Source of the DNA: Podarcis cretensis
Taxonomy: Eukaryota
Length of the DNA: 64,000 bases
Direction of reading: 5' to 3'
Assembly (NCBI GenBank): GCA_951804945.1
Contig: OX638149.1
Coordinates: 101,060,001 to 101,124,000, forward strand
Shown here: positions 1-12,394 of the stretch, piece by piece
How the letters are laid out: every line of letters starts with the position of its first letter
Numbering within the stretch: the stretch's first letter is position 1
The notes under the pieces: generated by a model
Told to the model about the DNA's origin: nothing
Databases searched by the model: none
Seen by the model: the letters and a program-made list of their open reading frames with translations, nothing else
Translations under genes and position numbers: made by a program

Positions 1-269
1 AACATTAATGCTAGGAAGAATTCTTGCTCCAACAGGCATCATGGTTATTTCTTATGCATAATTTTAAGCAACCGGCATTCCATATCATTGGGGGCTCCTG
101 TATTATTCAGTGTCGTGTTTGATTGGCCTCCACATACAAAATGTGAAAAGGTATCCAGTCCTTTGAAAAGACCTCCCCCACCCCCCAAAAAGAAGCTAAC
201 TTCTAACCCTTGTGCTTGCAAAGACATACGGTACATGCACAATGGTACTCTGACCTCTAAAGAGGGATG

Positions 270-433
270 AAAGCATATCCTGCTCTTCCTTCAAGGAGCT
301 CAGAACAACACAGTATCACTGGAGGGCAGGGCAGGTTGAAAGATAGCATCGTGCTCTGGGCCACTTAACAAGCTTTATAGGTCAGTCTATGAAGTGTTCA
401 CATCTAAACCCTGCACTTTATTGACTGTATCAC
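270..433 (-). mobile_element. Degenerate MIR/Ther1-like SINE remnant
   Basis: Weak resemblance to the MIR-like copies at 5810 and 47025 (atcctgctcttcc...ggcaggttgaaagata...actgtatcac). Heavily decayed. Confidence 0.35.
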
Positions 434-692
434 GTTTATTATTTTTGCTGGATTTGATCCAGAGTGGAACTCTGCTCAAAAGACACAGGGCAGAAAAGGG
501 GATGTGCTTTTTTTCTTATTCCTTTTTCCAACTGCAGCCTCCTGAAAGACTGATCTGGAAGGTTGGGACCGTTGGAAAAACACTGGGACCTAATTTGAAT
601 AATAGAATTTCTGGCATCTGGTGGGCGGAGCTTTTGTGTTGTGCTCTGGAATCAGCCCCTCCCTTTGGGTGTTCAGTTAAGTTCAGTTAGAA

Positions 693-825
693 CAGGCATC
701 CCCAAACTTGGCCATCCAGATGTTTTGGGACAACAACTCCCATCATCCCTAGCTAACAGGACCAGTGGTCAGGAATGATGGGAATTGTCCCAAAACAGCT
801 AGAAGGCCGAGTTTGGGGATGCCTG
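693..825. mobile_element. hAT-type MITE, about 133 bp
   Basis: 16-bp terminal inverted repeats caggcatccccaaact / agtttggggatgcctg, with internal dyad symmetry. 8-bp TSD agttagaa (685-692) / agttagag (826-833), typical of hAT. Confidence 0.85.
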
Positions 826-1539
826 AGTTAGAGAGACCAACTGTCATTCTTGCCTCATGAGGTTGCTTTAGTTTCTCTCAGACAGTATGTTATTGTGTTA
901 CAGTTTTCTTTGTTATTAAAGCTTTGTTTGACACATGCATGAGCCGCTTACTTTGCTGAAAGAGAAGAAACTCTGCTGAAGAATGGTGGAATATCCTAAA
1001 CTTGGGTGAGTGAGGGAATATTCCCAGTCTGACAGGAGAACTGATTTATTTTTTTTTAAATCACCTCCATCAACCACAACAGGGACACCCTCCAAAAAAG
1101 CATGGAGGGAGGATCTGGGAATACTACCTTTCTCCTTCCTCCAGCAGGTGCCTCCATTGCATCCCAGTCTCTTCCTTCTGTGTAAAGCAGCTGGAGGACA
1201 AGGAAGAGAAGAGAGAGAATGAAAAAAGAGCTGTGAGCGGAGGGAGGCTTTTCCCATCCTTTGGACACCCTGGGAAACTCAACAAACCTGCTGCACCTGG
1301 AACTGAGTGTGGAGAGTGCAGCTGAATGGGACACAGTTGTGGGCAGCCTGAGGAAATGCTATCCACCTGGGGCCTGCCCATAAACAGCAAGTCTAGAAGG
1401 AGAGACTAGAGTAATGTCTGCTGTTTCCAGGAGCTCCTCTCATGGTAAGACTGTTGTGCATGAGCTGAGAGTTTGTTGGACCCTGAGTGAAAACCCAGAG
1501 GCTGTGAGGGAGGTTGTGTCAGAAGGAAAAGGATCTTGA

Positions 1540-2050
1540 TTTTTTTAAAAAATGGGTTTTATAAACATGAAAAATATTATACAAACAAGTATATCAAGCT
1601 TTCTCATGCCATTTGTGTATCACAAAAATAGCATAATAAATGTGGGAAAATATCTACAACATATGTTTCATTATTAGTGGTCAGTGTACAAGTTCTTGGT
1701 TCATGAATTGGTTTAAACAATTAGGAAGGGAAAGAGGGGGAAATGGTGTGTGGAGTGGTGTGGTTATGCTTCCATTATTCTACTTAGTGTGTGAGAGGGG
1801 TTCTGTCGGTGTTACTTGTATGGGTTCTCTTACTATTCTCTTGTTGTATTTCCCTGGTAGTGAGAGAGGTTGGGGGTGGTTTAGAGTGTGGTTGGTTGTC
1901 TTTGGTTAGCTGTAGGGCGAACTGTTTTCATGTGTGAGTGTGTATTTTTGAATCAGGTTAGCCAGATTGATTTGTATGCTGTCGGCAGTTTCTTGTTGTG
2001 GTCATGTTGGGCTGATTGTTATAATTAGTAACTTCGCACTGACGCAACAT
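1540..2050 (-). mobile_element. Probable L1/Tx1-clade LINE 3' end (decayed ORF2 tail plus 3'UTR)
   Basis: Strongly strand-skewed GT-rich tract ending in a T/A-rich tail at about 1540. The minus strand reads ...QHDHNKKLPTAYKSIWLT, like a LINE ORF2 terminus. No TSD found. Confidence 0.4.
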
Positions 2051-3174
2051 TTTTATATGTAACTGTGTATTTTTGTGACACTTGTTTAAGTTGTCTGTTG
2101 TTGCTTCTTGTTTGCACAGATACTTTTAATATATTAAGCGGTATAGCAATTAAATAATCAAATGAAAACCAAGGGCAAGCCTGAACTCAAAGCTTTGTTT
2201 TTACTGTTATCAGAGACCACTGCCACAAACATGTGATTAAGTAAACAAAAGCCCTTCCCACTAGGGTTTAGTAGGTTTGCATGGCTATAGATGTATTCTT
2301 TGACTCAGTAACATGCAGATGAGGGCAATGGATTTCAGTGGAGTGTACACAAGTACAGCAACTTGGGTTTTTCATGCTATCTGAACTGATTTACATCTCC
2401 AGGGTAGTAATCGTCGTGTCCCAGCCAAAATTCTAAAGAACGGCAATTACAAGATAAATAGTGCAGTGCCTGCTACCGTTCACTTCGCAGGGTCATTTAT
2501 AATGAAGCACTGGAATCCTCAAGAGGGATTACCAGGGAGCTGAACCAGTATTTAATGTCTGGCATCTTAAAAAATATATTGTCCAAAAGACCATGTGATT
2601 GCCATTAAAACAATCCCTTTGACTGTTTGATTTAAGAAGCTGGTGGCAGGAGGCAAATTCTAAGCAGATGCAACTAGAACACAAGGTTAACAACAGAGTG
2701 CCTAGCCATAAAAAAAATCCCTCTTTAACAAAATGTAAGCACACCAACAGAGAGACACATCTTTATTGCTACTCCACAACATAACCACCTTTGGAAGCAT
2801 GTATGCATGCACACACACACACTCCAAGGCAAAGTCAGCTTACATGTGTTTTATAACATGGTGAAAGCAGTAACAACTCCTCCGCGACTAAGGTTACTTC
2901 ATATGCCAAGTACTGTTGAGTACTTCAAGTGTCAGCGAAATGGCAAGTTCATTTGTCTTCTTGAATGCAGATCTTAAAATAGAGAAAGATCTTTGCTCTG
3001 TAAATGCAAAATGATAATTGAGCTGCAAATCTCAATGGCCAATTAAAATACAGAGGAGGAAAGTGGTGGCAGAGGTGCTGGCTAATTAGTCACCCCAAAT
3101 TTCAGAGAGTTACCAGTTATGACACTACTAGATCAGCCTCTGAATGAGGAGTCCTACCATGAAATCATATGAGA

Positions 3175-3212
3175 AAGTGTTTTATTTCTAAGCAAGTGTT
3201 TTATTTCTAAGC
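3175..3212. repeat. 19-bp perfect tandem duplication
   Basis: aagtgttttatttctaagc x2. Confidence 0.9.
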
Positions 3213-3702
3213 TTGGTTGCAACAGCTTTGAGGACATATGGAGTCCACAGTAATTCAACCACCTGTTGAGATTCTTTGCACATTTTCTAGTTGAGTGTCT
3301 CAATCTGGCCATCTTTTCTCAAGCCCAGAAACTCCTGTGTACAGACTGAATCCACCTGCATCTATGGTGTCTGCATAAATTTTCATGAAGAAAGTTGATT
3401 TTTATGTCCCTTCCTTTTCACAACCCACTTTGCCCCCTCCATTTTGAGTTATAGGGAGAGCCAGAGACACACAACCAAAGCAGACCCATGTGTCTATATA
3501 AGGGCAAATGGGTTTCTGGGTTTGGATCCTGCTGTTTACTTGTTTGAGGCGGATTATCCAGAAATGGAAACAGTGCTCAACATGGAGATAATATTACTTT
3601 GTTCTTTTTAAAACAACTTTTCTTCTCTTTACTTTTTAAGGTTTTCCAAGGTTTGCTTCTCCCTAGCATTCATTTTCTCCATCCCTCTGCCATTACTCTT
3701 AT

Positions 3703-4035
3703 TTAGGAATGGATAAAATGGTCAATTTCAGTTTCTCATTCCCCCCCCCCCCCATCTTAAATTCACTTTGTCATCATCAAATTGCCTTTTTTTTTTTAAA
3801 GGACCCTCCTAAAAAATTGTCTGCATTTTAATGAACATTTCTCCCAATATGCACATTTTTGCAAATGGCTCCCCCAAATAGAATGCATTTTTGTATGTCC
3901 TTTTCATGATACCATGGGTTTTTATGGGCACTCCTGTACACATTTTTTTGGCTAGAAAACTGAACTGCAAAAATTGAGAAGTGTGAATTTTAAAGGAGAG
4001 CTGTGCTTTGGTTCGCATACTATTTTGAAAAGTTT
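3703..4035. mobile_element. Degenerate non-autonomous DNA-transposon-like repeat
   Basis: Resembles a common lizard interspersed repeat (taggaatgga...caatttcagtttc; tgcacattttt/tgcattttt internal motifs). Termini not resolved. Confidence 0.35.
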
Positions 4036-5809
4036 GAAATGAATAGGTGCACATCAGTGGTGTGCGGTGAATTTTTTTGTAGGGGAACAGTTAAAGGCAG
4101 TGGTGCCTGCTTGCGAAGGCAATGGAGTGGGGGTGACTTCATGCACATGTCTTCCTGAAGCCATGTGTGTGAACATCGTGCCTCCCTCTCTAAGCTGGAC
4201 AGAAGTTTCCCAGGCTTTGGGAAGGAGGTGCCGGAGAACATTTAGGGGACTAGCCTGGTCCCCTTACTTTTACTGGTCCTGGAAATACCTGTTTTGCTTT
4301 GTTTCAAAACTTTGCCAACATATCAGTCCCCTTTCCTTTTACTCTTTTCTGTTGACCCCACTTTCCTTTTCATGTCCACTATTCTTCTGTTTATATCTCA
4401 ATTGAATTGCAAGCCAGGAAACTTGTCATTTCATGTGTGTGCGCAGTGGCTCATATATTTTAGACCCTCTAGTTAAATGGTAAAGAAAAAAAGGGGTTGT
4501 GAATCATTTATAATTTTTCTGATTAGTATATAGCCACAACAAAGCAAGGTCAAAGAAGCAAAAGGGAAAGCATATTTTAAAAGGCTTCATCAATTAAACC
4601 AGAACATTGCTATTTGTGCTAAAGAAGAAGGAATAAAACTGCATAAGGTCATCATAATTACCAGGGAGCCTCCTTTTGTTTCATCAAATTCAAAGGCACA
4701 GTTTTGTTCCGGGTCATCTTCTTAATTTTACAGTGGCACAGAACTATCTACAATTATTCCAAAATACCTTCCTTGATTAGCTAGTAGTAAGTAATTCAGT
4801 AGTCAGTGGGTTGCTCAAGATGTGTTCCTTTTTCAAAGTGGAAGTTCAGTATAACTTAACTGTTAAAGAAACTCAATGTTCCAAATAATATTGTCATGCA
4901 TCTGTTGCCGAAGTACATGTGACACTAATTACGTATCTTAAGTTGTATGTTTGTCCACATGCCAATTGATCGGGCTACTGAAGCTACAGAGGGTGGAGGA
5001 ATTTAACCCTTTCATCCTCTATCACGGTCCAGATGAAAATTGCCCTTCCAAAATGGCTATTTGCATGAGAGGAAAGATTCCATTAGTGCAACACTGGAGG
5101 GGGAGGGATTTTTTCTGTGTGTCACTTTTTCTCTTCCCACCACCTCCCCATCACTTCAGAACCTAATTGAGCTCTACTGAGCCTGCTATTTGCATTTGAA
5201 AAAAGATCCACACAATATAACATTTAGTGTGTGCAGTTTGCCCCCGACAAATTCAAATGAAGACAGTAAAGGGGAAATATAGAAGCTGCCTTAGTTCTCT
5301 GGGAAGGAAGAGAGAAATGCACACATTAAAGGCACACACAGATGGATGGTACCTCCCCCTACCCCTTTGCTTCACACCAAATAGATCCCTATAGTTTCAG
5401 ATAGCAAATGTATTGTAAAAAGCAAGCACATGTCAAATTATTTTCAGCATCTTAGGGGCTGAAGAAGACTAACTTTTTACTAGTTGGGATGGGGTAGCTA
5501 TAGAGATTTAATTTGAGTAAAAAGAACAAGGTTGATTTAACAAGAATGAGGAATTATGTTGAAATACTCTGAAACTTCTAGCACCTCCCAGATTTATTTA
5601 AACTGTTTGGGCTTTGCATGGCCATTTTAGTGGAAAGGGATGTGGGATAGCAACTATCTATCTATATGCTTCTTATTATCCCATGCAAGCTGTAAGTAGA
5701 GATGCCATATTGGAGGGACATATGCACAACTTCCCTCTTGCTACATTGCTACTGAAGCTCTGCAACTTGCGCTTCCTTAAAAAATGCATAGTTGAAATTA
5801 TTATTGTAC

Positions 5810-6015
5810 TGTACAGTGCTTATATCCCACCTTTCATCAAGAACATGAGATGGCATACAAGGTTCTCCTCCTCGCCTTTTTATCCTGTGAGGTAGATTAG
5901 GCAGAGAGAGAGCGACTAGCTCAAAATCAGCCAGAGAATTGAAGAAAGAATTGAATCCTTGACACCCAGCTCCTAGTTCAATCCACTAACTAACAGCTAC
6001 ACCTCACTGTCTCTC
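5810..6015 (-). mobile_element. MIR/Ther1-like CORE-SINE
   Basis: tatcccacctttc...cctgtgaggtagattaggcagagagag...gactagctcaa...ctacacctcactgtctctc, the reverse of a tRNA head plus CORE body. Confidence 0.6.
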
Positions 6016-6069
6016 ACATTGAAGATAATTAAAGTAAAATATATTTACAGAGGAATAGAGGAGGTGATG

Positions 6070-6170
6070 ATCTTGTAAATACGTTTGAACCAAGCTAATT
6101 TATAGGTCAAAATGTGCACTTTGAATTGTACCCTGAAGGCTGCAAGCCTACAAGATGCCACATAAGCAGG
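6070..6170 (-). mobile_element. L2 LINE ORF2 fragment
   Basis: The minus-strand ORF contains RLAAFRVQFKVHILTYKL, matching the L2 C-terminal motif xLPxxxRIQFKVLxLTYKAL. Confidence 0.55.
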
Positions 6171-7237
6171 GAAGCATGAAGTTAAGACAAAATGCTCGCT
6201 ATTGCACTCCATGCAAGCAGAATATGAGGGGGGGGGGAGTGCTACTGGGAGCCTATCCTGAACCATCACAACAAAATTGGATAGGAATAATAAGAAATGA
6301 ATATTCAACCAAAATAATGAATGAAGAAAGCGACTGAATGGCTAATTTTCAAGTAATGAGCATAGTCAATTTCCTCACATTTTATACAGCACAAAACAAG
6401 TTTCCATCAGGAAAGTCACAAGGCATATCCCTTTCCAGATGTTTTATTGAATTATTTAAATACATGAGTCTATTAGCACCAATTCATGTCAGCGCTACAC
6501 TTCAGGTGTGAAACGATCTTAAACGAATATCAGATAAAGGATGGACCTGTTGCAGCAATAGATTTACTGTTATGGATTTAAGAGGTCTCCACTGTATTCA
6601 CATTACTTTATTGCCATTTAGTGCACTCTAATTAAAAATAAAAAGACTTCTCCTTGCCTTCCCCCCCTCTTGTGCATTTCTGGAGTGATTTAGCTTTAAA
6701 GCGAAAGAGCAAATGACAGATCACAGGAAAATGTTAAACTATAAATCACCTACTTCTCTGGACACACTGACTATTTATGAGGTTGGAGGGTGAATTCTAG
6801 TTAAGTTTCCAGGCATTTGGATACATTAATTCACCTGCGTCACTGTATCCACCATGCACCATACTTCTGTGAATGTTAGTTACTGCCTTACTGAAAACCT
6901 GCCAAACATTTAGCAGGTCCTTGCCGGTTCCAACTGAGCCATGTTGCAGCCTGGCAGAATGACTGCAGTGGGACACTGAAACATGCAATGCATAGAGGTA
7001 TCAGTTCAGGTTGCTAGCAATGACCTCTGGTCATTGTAAGGGAAGAACGGACAGGAGGACAAATCAAGTTTATCCATATTTTAGAGGTGTTTTGGTTAGA
7101 GGTGGGATCTAGCTTTTTCCGGGGGGGGGGGGAGAGAGGGGGGGACAAAAAGAAGCCGGCTGTAAAGTCAAGGGAGAATGAGAGAAATACTGCCATGATT
7201 TCAGGGAGGAAGGAGTTTCTTTGGCTTACCTTCCATC

Positions 7238-7445
7238 AAGGGCAGGGAACCTCAGGCCTAGGGGCTGAATGTGACCCTTCAGGTCTCAACAGGATTCCCA
7301 TCACACCTCTTCCCCAGGCCCACTGCCTGTTCCCAGCTACACCCATAAGCAGCCTTGCTTCACAATCTCCTTGACTGTTTATGCCTGACTAAAATAGGTC
7401 TTTTAATTCCAATAACTGCTTGCCTGGATGAAGAATAGTGAAGGG

Positions 7446-7495
<50 letters not shown>

Positions 7496-7640
7496 AGCTA
7501 GCATAGCGTACATGAAACAGTTACATTCATTGTTCTTCCTACTTTTGTCTCTGGCTCCACACACCCCTGACATATGGCTCCTGAAAGGTTGCTCAGAAGG
7601 TACTGCACCCCTCAGGCTGAAAAAAGTTAACCACCCCCGC
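7238..7640. mobile_element. hAT-like MITE containing a (GT)n tract
   Basis: Starts ggcagggaacctcaggcctaggggctgaatgtgaccc and ends ggctgaaaaaagttaaccaccccc. Related decayed ends occur at about 27730-27842 and 60220-60326. Confidence 0.5.
7444..7492. repeat. (GT)n microsatellite
   Basis: About 24 near-perfect GT units. Confidence 0.95.
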
Positions 7641-7644
7641 TTTA

Positions 7645-8012
7645 CATAGAGTCGTAGAGTTGCAAAGTACCCCGAGGGTTGTCTAGTCCAATGTCCTGCA
7701 ATGCAGGAATCCATAACTAAAACATCCATGACAGATGGCCTTCTAACCTCTGCTTAAAAACCTCCAAGGAAGAAGAGTCCACAACCTCCTGAGGGAGTCC
7801 ATTCCACTGTTGAACAGCTTTTACTGTCAGAAAGTTCTTCCTGATGTTTAGTCGCAATCTCCGTTCTTGTAACTTGAATGCATTGATTCAAGTCTTACCT
7901 TTCAGAACTTGCTCCATCTTCCACATGACAGCCCTTTAGATATCTGAAGATGGCTATTATATCTCCCCTCAGTGTCCTCTTTTCCAAATGTCTCAAACAT
8001 TCTTCATAAAGC
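7645..8012 (-). mobile_element. CR1 LINE 3' fragment
   Basis: Aligns by eye with the 3' end of the CR1 at 22174. The minus-strand ORF reads LEKRTLRGDIIAIFRYLKGCHVEDG. Confidence 0.85.
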
Positions 8013-8055
8013 AGATGAAGGCACCACCCAATTGTGCTGATGCTGGTGTAGCATG

Positions 8056-8138
8056 GCTCCCCCCGTCGCATGGGTTCAAACCGCTGACCTTCCAATCGGC
8101 AAGCCCTAGGCTCCGTGGTTTAACCCACAGCGCCACCC
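8056..8138 (-). mobile_element. Sauria/Squam1 SINE 5' fragment
   Basis: Reverse complement of the tRNA-like head of the 13734 copy (ggtggcgctgtgggttaaaccac...ggcttgccgattggaaggtcagcggtttgaa). Confidence 0.8.
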
Positions 8139-9971
8139 CTGAAAGCAAATCCCAGTAACCTCTGAAGCAGTTAGATTTAGTAAATGTAAATAGGCTTTAA
8201 TAATAATTAATGAATAGGATCAAGATCCAACAATCAATGTTTATTTTGCTTAATAAGTGGGGTCCCAGTCTTTTAATCCTACTTTCCCATTCTACACTGC
8301 TATTTGTGCAGAGCTAGACATGTTTTAAAAAAAAGTTAAAATAAGTGATCTCTCAAACGATGGGCAGAGTAGCATAATGTTCTGGGCAACAGTTATTTTA
8401 TCCTATGTTTATTATGTTAATTTGCTGCAGATTTTCAGTATATCTGTAGCAAAGTGGATCATTATAAGAGCCTCTGCTCATCATGGAAAACATTTCTGTT
8501 TGTTTTTCATTATCTCTTTCTTGTAGCAGCTGATTTTTCAATATTCATAAAAATAAAAGGTCCATTGTGCAGTGTATTATACACTCCTGCCAGAATCTGC
8601 TTAGTTTCCCCTCTGAAAGCTGAGTGAATCCTGCTTAGCATTATATGGCTGTCCTTAGCTCTCTTCTTAGCTGTGGCTGCCAAACCATTTGGAATTACTT
8701 GCTGTCTTTGTAACTTACACAAATGCCTGCTGGGGACTGAGATTAATACCAATTCACAGTGTATAACCTTTCCCACCTGCTCTCACTTTTACTATTAGGA
8801 TTGCCTTTTCCTGGGAGGAACAGTAAAAGAGGGTGATTTTCCTTGTTAAAGGTTGTCCTGGTTAAAGGATATTCTTTCAGCACCATTCCATAGTTTCTTG
8901 TTTTCTTTCTCTCCTTTGTTGATCCAGCTGTCTTTACAAGTTCCAAGTGTTGCCTTGTTAGATTAAAGCAGACTGAATTGAGGGGGGGGGGACGACTGAA
9001 ATGCAAGCATCCCTGCAAGTGTTGCCAGCTCTCATTCACTCTGACTTGAGCAAGCCTATACCTAGAGATATCCACCATGAATTGGGCCGAAAAGGTGGCT
9101 TGAGAATAGCCTGTTTTCCGTGGAGTATAAAGAGAAGAAAAATTTCCACTAGCCATTAATTGTCCCTTCTAAGATCTTATGCACCACTCTTCAGCTCCTC
9201 CTATTCAGGAACGGTGACAGGTGTTTAATAATGAATAGTGAAGTGTTAAATTGTATGTCATTTTTCCTGATCACCGAAATTTTCCCCAGAAAATCCTTTA
9301 GCAGCTGCACGTTAAATTCTGCAGGTTATGCCGCCAGAAAAGAATAATTCCTAACCCATAGAGCCATTCATGTATCAATTTAAATGCATTTGTCTGTGTG
9401 ATGGAATAAAGCAGCTACTCTGTGAATGAAAAGCAGAGGAAAAGGATAATTCATCTAACCTTCACAATGGAAGAAAGTGGATGAGAATATGGTAATTATC
9501 TCAATGAAGTTTGACTGGGGCTCTAGTTTCATTACTCATGGAGGAAGCTGTGATTTCTTTTATAAATATAATCGTTTAGAACCGTTCTCTTCTTTCGGTT
9601 AAGCAAATAATAAAGTGCTTTAAGGAACTTTATGACAGTTTTGTTTTCATAGATGATGGGAGAGAATCAGGGAAGCATGTGCTTTCTTTCTAGGAAAATG
9701 AGGGGTCAAATCTAAAAACAACATTCCGTCCCCTAATCCGATAATGATTGGGTCTTTCCTAGGCCTGCTTGCAAGATATAGGTGTGGTTATTGAAATGCA
9801 TGGAATGGAGGGCAGGATTCCATCCACACATCCACACATCCTGCTCCCAACCTCTGTACATGCAGCTGCAGGTACAGACAGAGGCTGGATCTAGACACAT
9901 CAAAGAAGTGCTTCAGTTAAACGCGTTGTCAACTTTGTATGAAAAATCAGATTGGCAAAAACGGAACTCCA

Positions 9972-9988
9972 CAGCGCCATCTGGTGTC
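9972..9988 (-). promoter_or_regulatory. Candidate CTCF binding site
   Basis: The minus strand gacaccagatggcgctg matches the CTCF core CCASYAGRKGGCRS with one mismatch. Confidence 0.45.
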
Positions 9989-10237
9989 ACAATGTTAGAA
10001 TGCATATACAACACATATAAAGTGCTTTCTCTTTGCCAATGTAGCTGAGTCCAGAGTCTGTGCATGTGTGAACATGCATGCAATTGGGAATGCTGCCATT
10101 TTTAGTATTCCCTTTTGCCTGCAGGCTGTGTTCACACTAGCTAGCGTGATCTTGCTGCAATCTCCTACTCCAACGCCCAGAAAACATATCTCTTGTGAGC
10201 AGGGCTTCTCTAGTTACACAGCAGCTGGTTTAATATG

Positions 10238-10420
10238 TTATTTATTTATTTGGTAAAATTTACACACCGCTTGAGTGTAAAAAATAAAAAAAAATCCTCA
10301 AAGCAGTTTATAAAAAGATAACAATGAAATAGAGAAAAATTAACAACCATACTGTAAACATACAACAATTAAAATGTTAAAACAGATTAAAATTAGCATA
10401 ACTTTCTAAACATATGGGTA
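10238..10420 (-). mobile_element. L2-type 3' tail remnant
   Basis: ttatttatttatt...tacacaccgcttga...cctcaaagcagtttat followed by an A-rich reversed UTR. Confidence 0.45.
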
Positions 10421-11610
10421 GATGTTATAGAGAAATAGGCTGAGTGTCACCAGCATACTGATGGCGCTCCAAAACTCCTAATGTCCACTCCCAACAGCTT
10501 CGTAGAAGAAGATGCCAAGGACCACTTTATTCTTATTCCATATTTTTTTCAGGGTTAAAATCACATGAGCAGAAATGAGCCTTGGTGACCTCTTGCACAA
10601 AGTACACATTGAAGGCTACATGTCAAGCAGATCCAGGAATGTTATGTGGCAGAGGCAGCTTGTCTTGTTTTGCCACCGAGGCAAAACAGGAAGGAGCTGT
10701 CATTTGCCCGCTCCCTCTTGCCACTGCCACTGCAGCCTCGCTTACCACAATCTCATGAGGCTTTCATGAGATCTCCCCAAAACCCAACAGAACCAATTCT
10801 CCTTGCTTCTCTGGCGGCAGCCAAAGGGCTTTGGTTTTTGCTTTGTTCCTGTTCCTTTTGTACAGAGGCTTAGATTTTCCATTTTCCCACTGAATCTTCA
10901 TCTCCCCCCCCTCCCATTTGTAAAGCTTAACTAATCACTTTTTATAATCGTGCCATCTGAACCAGGAGCGGGGGTGGTTTCAGCAATAAAATGGTGAGGC
11001 GGGGAGACCATGCCATTATTCCTATCCAGGCTGGGAATCCTTGTGGCTTCTTATTGTAAAAGGGAAAAAAGAGTTTCCCTCACAAAAATTTGATGTCACA
11101 TCTAGCGTGACCCTTGACAATGCTGCTTTAAGTGCATATATTGAAGCTTGCTCTATTTTCTTTGTTCCTGCATAGACAGGTTCCTTCCCTTTGTTCTTCA
11201 CTTGGAAATAACACTGGACAAAAATGAAACATACACTGAAGAAAGGCCTGAGGATAGCATGTCCTCAGCCCAGAACAAATGGAGGAAATTTCTCAATAAA
11301 ACTATCATAATTTGCTTTATAACAGAGTTTCCAGACTGGCTTTCTGGCTTGGCTTCTCTCTCATGCCTTTACCTTAACTTTATTTTTCTTGGTTTAAAAC
11401 AAACAAACCCAAAACCAATCAATGTCTCAAATCTACTTACAGCTTGTTATCTGACTGGCTGAAGTCCTTACTCTAGGATAGTGCTATTACAGTTCCAATT
11501 TCATTAGACCACTCCCCTTCTCCAGTGGGTGGCACTGCGGACGTGCATCTGGGACCTCCCAGTGACCCGGCAGTGGGCAGAGGGAATGCTGCCCATGTCA
11601 TTAGGACTCC

Positions 11611-11680
11611 CAGCTGAGTCACGCCCCCCGGCCAACCAATCAGGTTAGCCAGGGGGCGTGGCCAATGCTGTTTAAATTGC
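11611..11680 (+). promoter_or_regulatory. Pol II promoter-like cassette (AP-1/ARE, GC box, CCAAT, GC box, CCAAT, TATA-like)
   Basis: tgagtca 11615-11621 (TGACTCAGC on minus), cacgccccc 11620-11628, aaccaatcag around 11634-11643, ggggcgtgg 11653-11661, ccaat 11662-11666, tttaaa 11671-11676. Confidence 0.5.
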
Positions 11681-12202
11681 AGCGCAGCTGAGGGCAACCT
11701 CCATTTGCCTTCTTGTTGGAGCTCTTTGCTGTAGTCATCGCCTTTGTTCACTGCTCTCAAGCAGCCACTTTGCCCAGGCTCCATCAGCTACAAGGCAGCT
11801 ATAATCCCCGCACCCACGAGATCAACTGTGAAGCAGCTCCTCTGTCCTCGCATTTGTCTTATCGGAGAGCTTGTGTACTAGCAAAGCACAGCATGGTCAA
11901 GGGCTGGAGAGTGCCATTAAAGTTCCAATATCATTAACAGATTTTCTGCAGTTCTTGAATATAGATCGTTCGAGCACTGTGCTTTAAGAATAGCTACCCA
12001 ACTTTAAGCATTCACTTTATACATGAAAGAGAATGTGCCTTTTGCAATATTTGCACACATACATTTCCCACCACTCCAAAGCGGGGGGGGGGGGATGCAT
12101 TTTCTATAATTTGAGTCAGTATCATTATTATTATAAAGACAAGATGGGGGTACTGCAGTAGCCATAGCAACAGAATCAGGGGAAGGAAGAAGAGAATGGC
12201 TA

Positions 12203-12205
<3 letters not shown>

Positions 12206-12256
<51 letters not shown>
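12206..12256. repeat. (CT)n microsatellite
   Basis: About 25 CT units. Confidence 0.95.
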
Positions 12257-12258
<2 letters not shown>

Positions 12259-12259
<1 letters not shown>

Positions 12260-12394
12260 AGGGCTTTTTTCAGCCGGAACTCACTGGAACTCAGCTCCAG
12301 CACCTCTCAGGTGGCCACCATTACTATTATAAGACAACAAGGGGGATGTTCATGGTGAGTTCCAGCACTTCTTTTTCTAGAAAAATAGCACGTG
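12259..12394 (+). mobile_element. hAT-like MITE
   Basis: cagggctttttt...aaaaatagcac termini. A second copy lies in the opposite orientation at 63121-63238. Confidence 0.7.
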
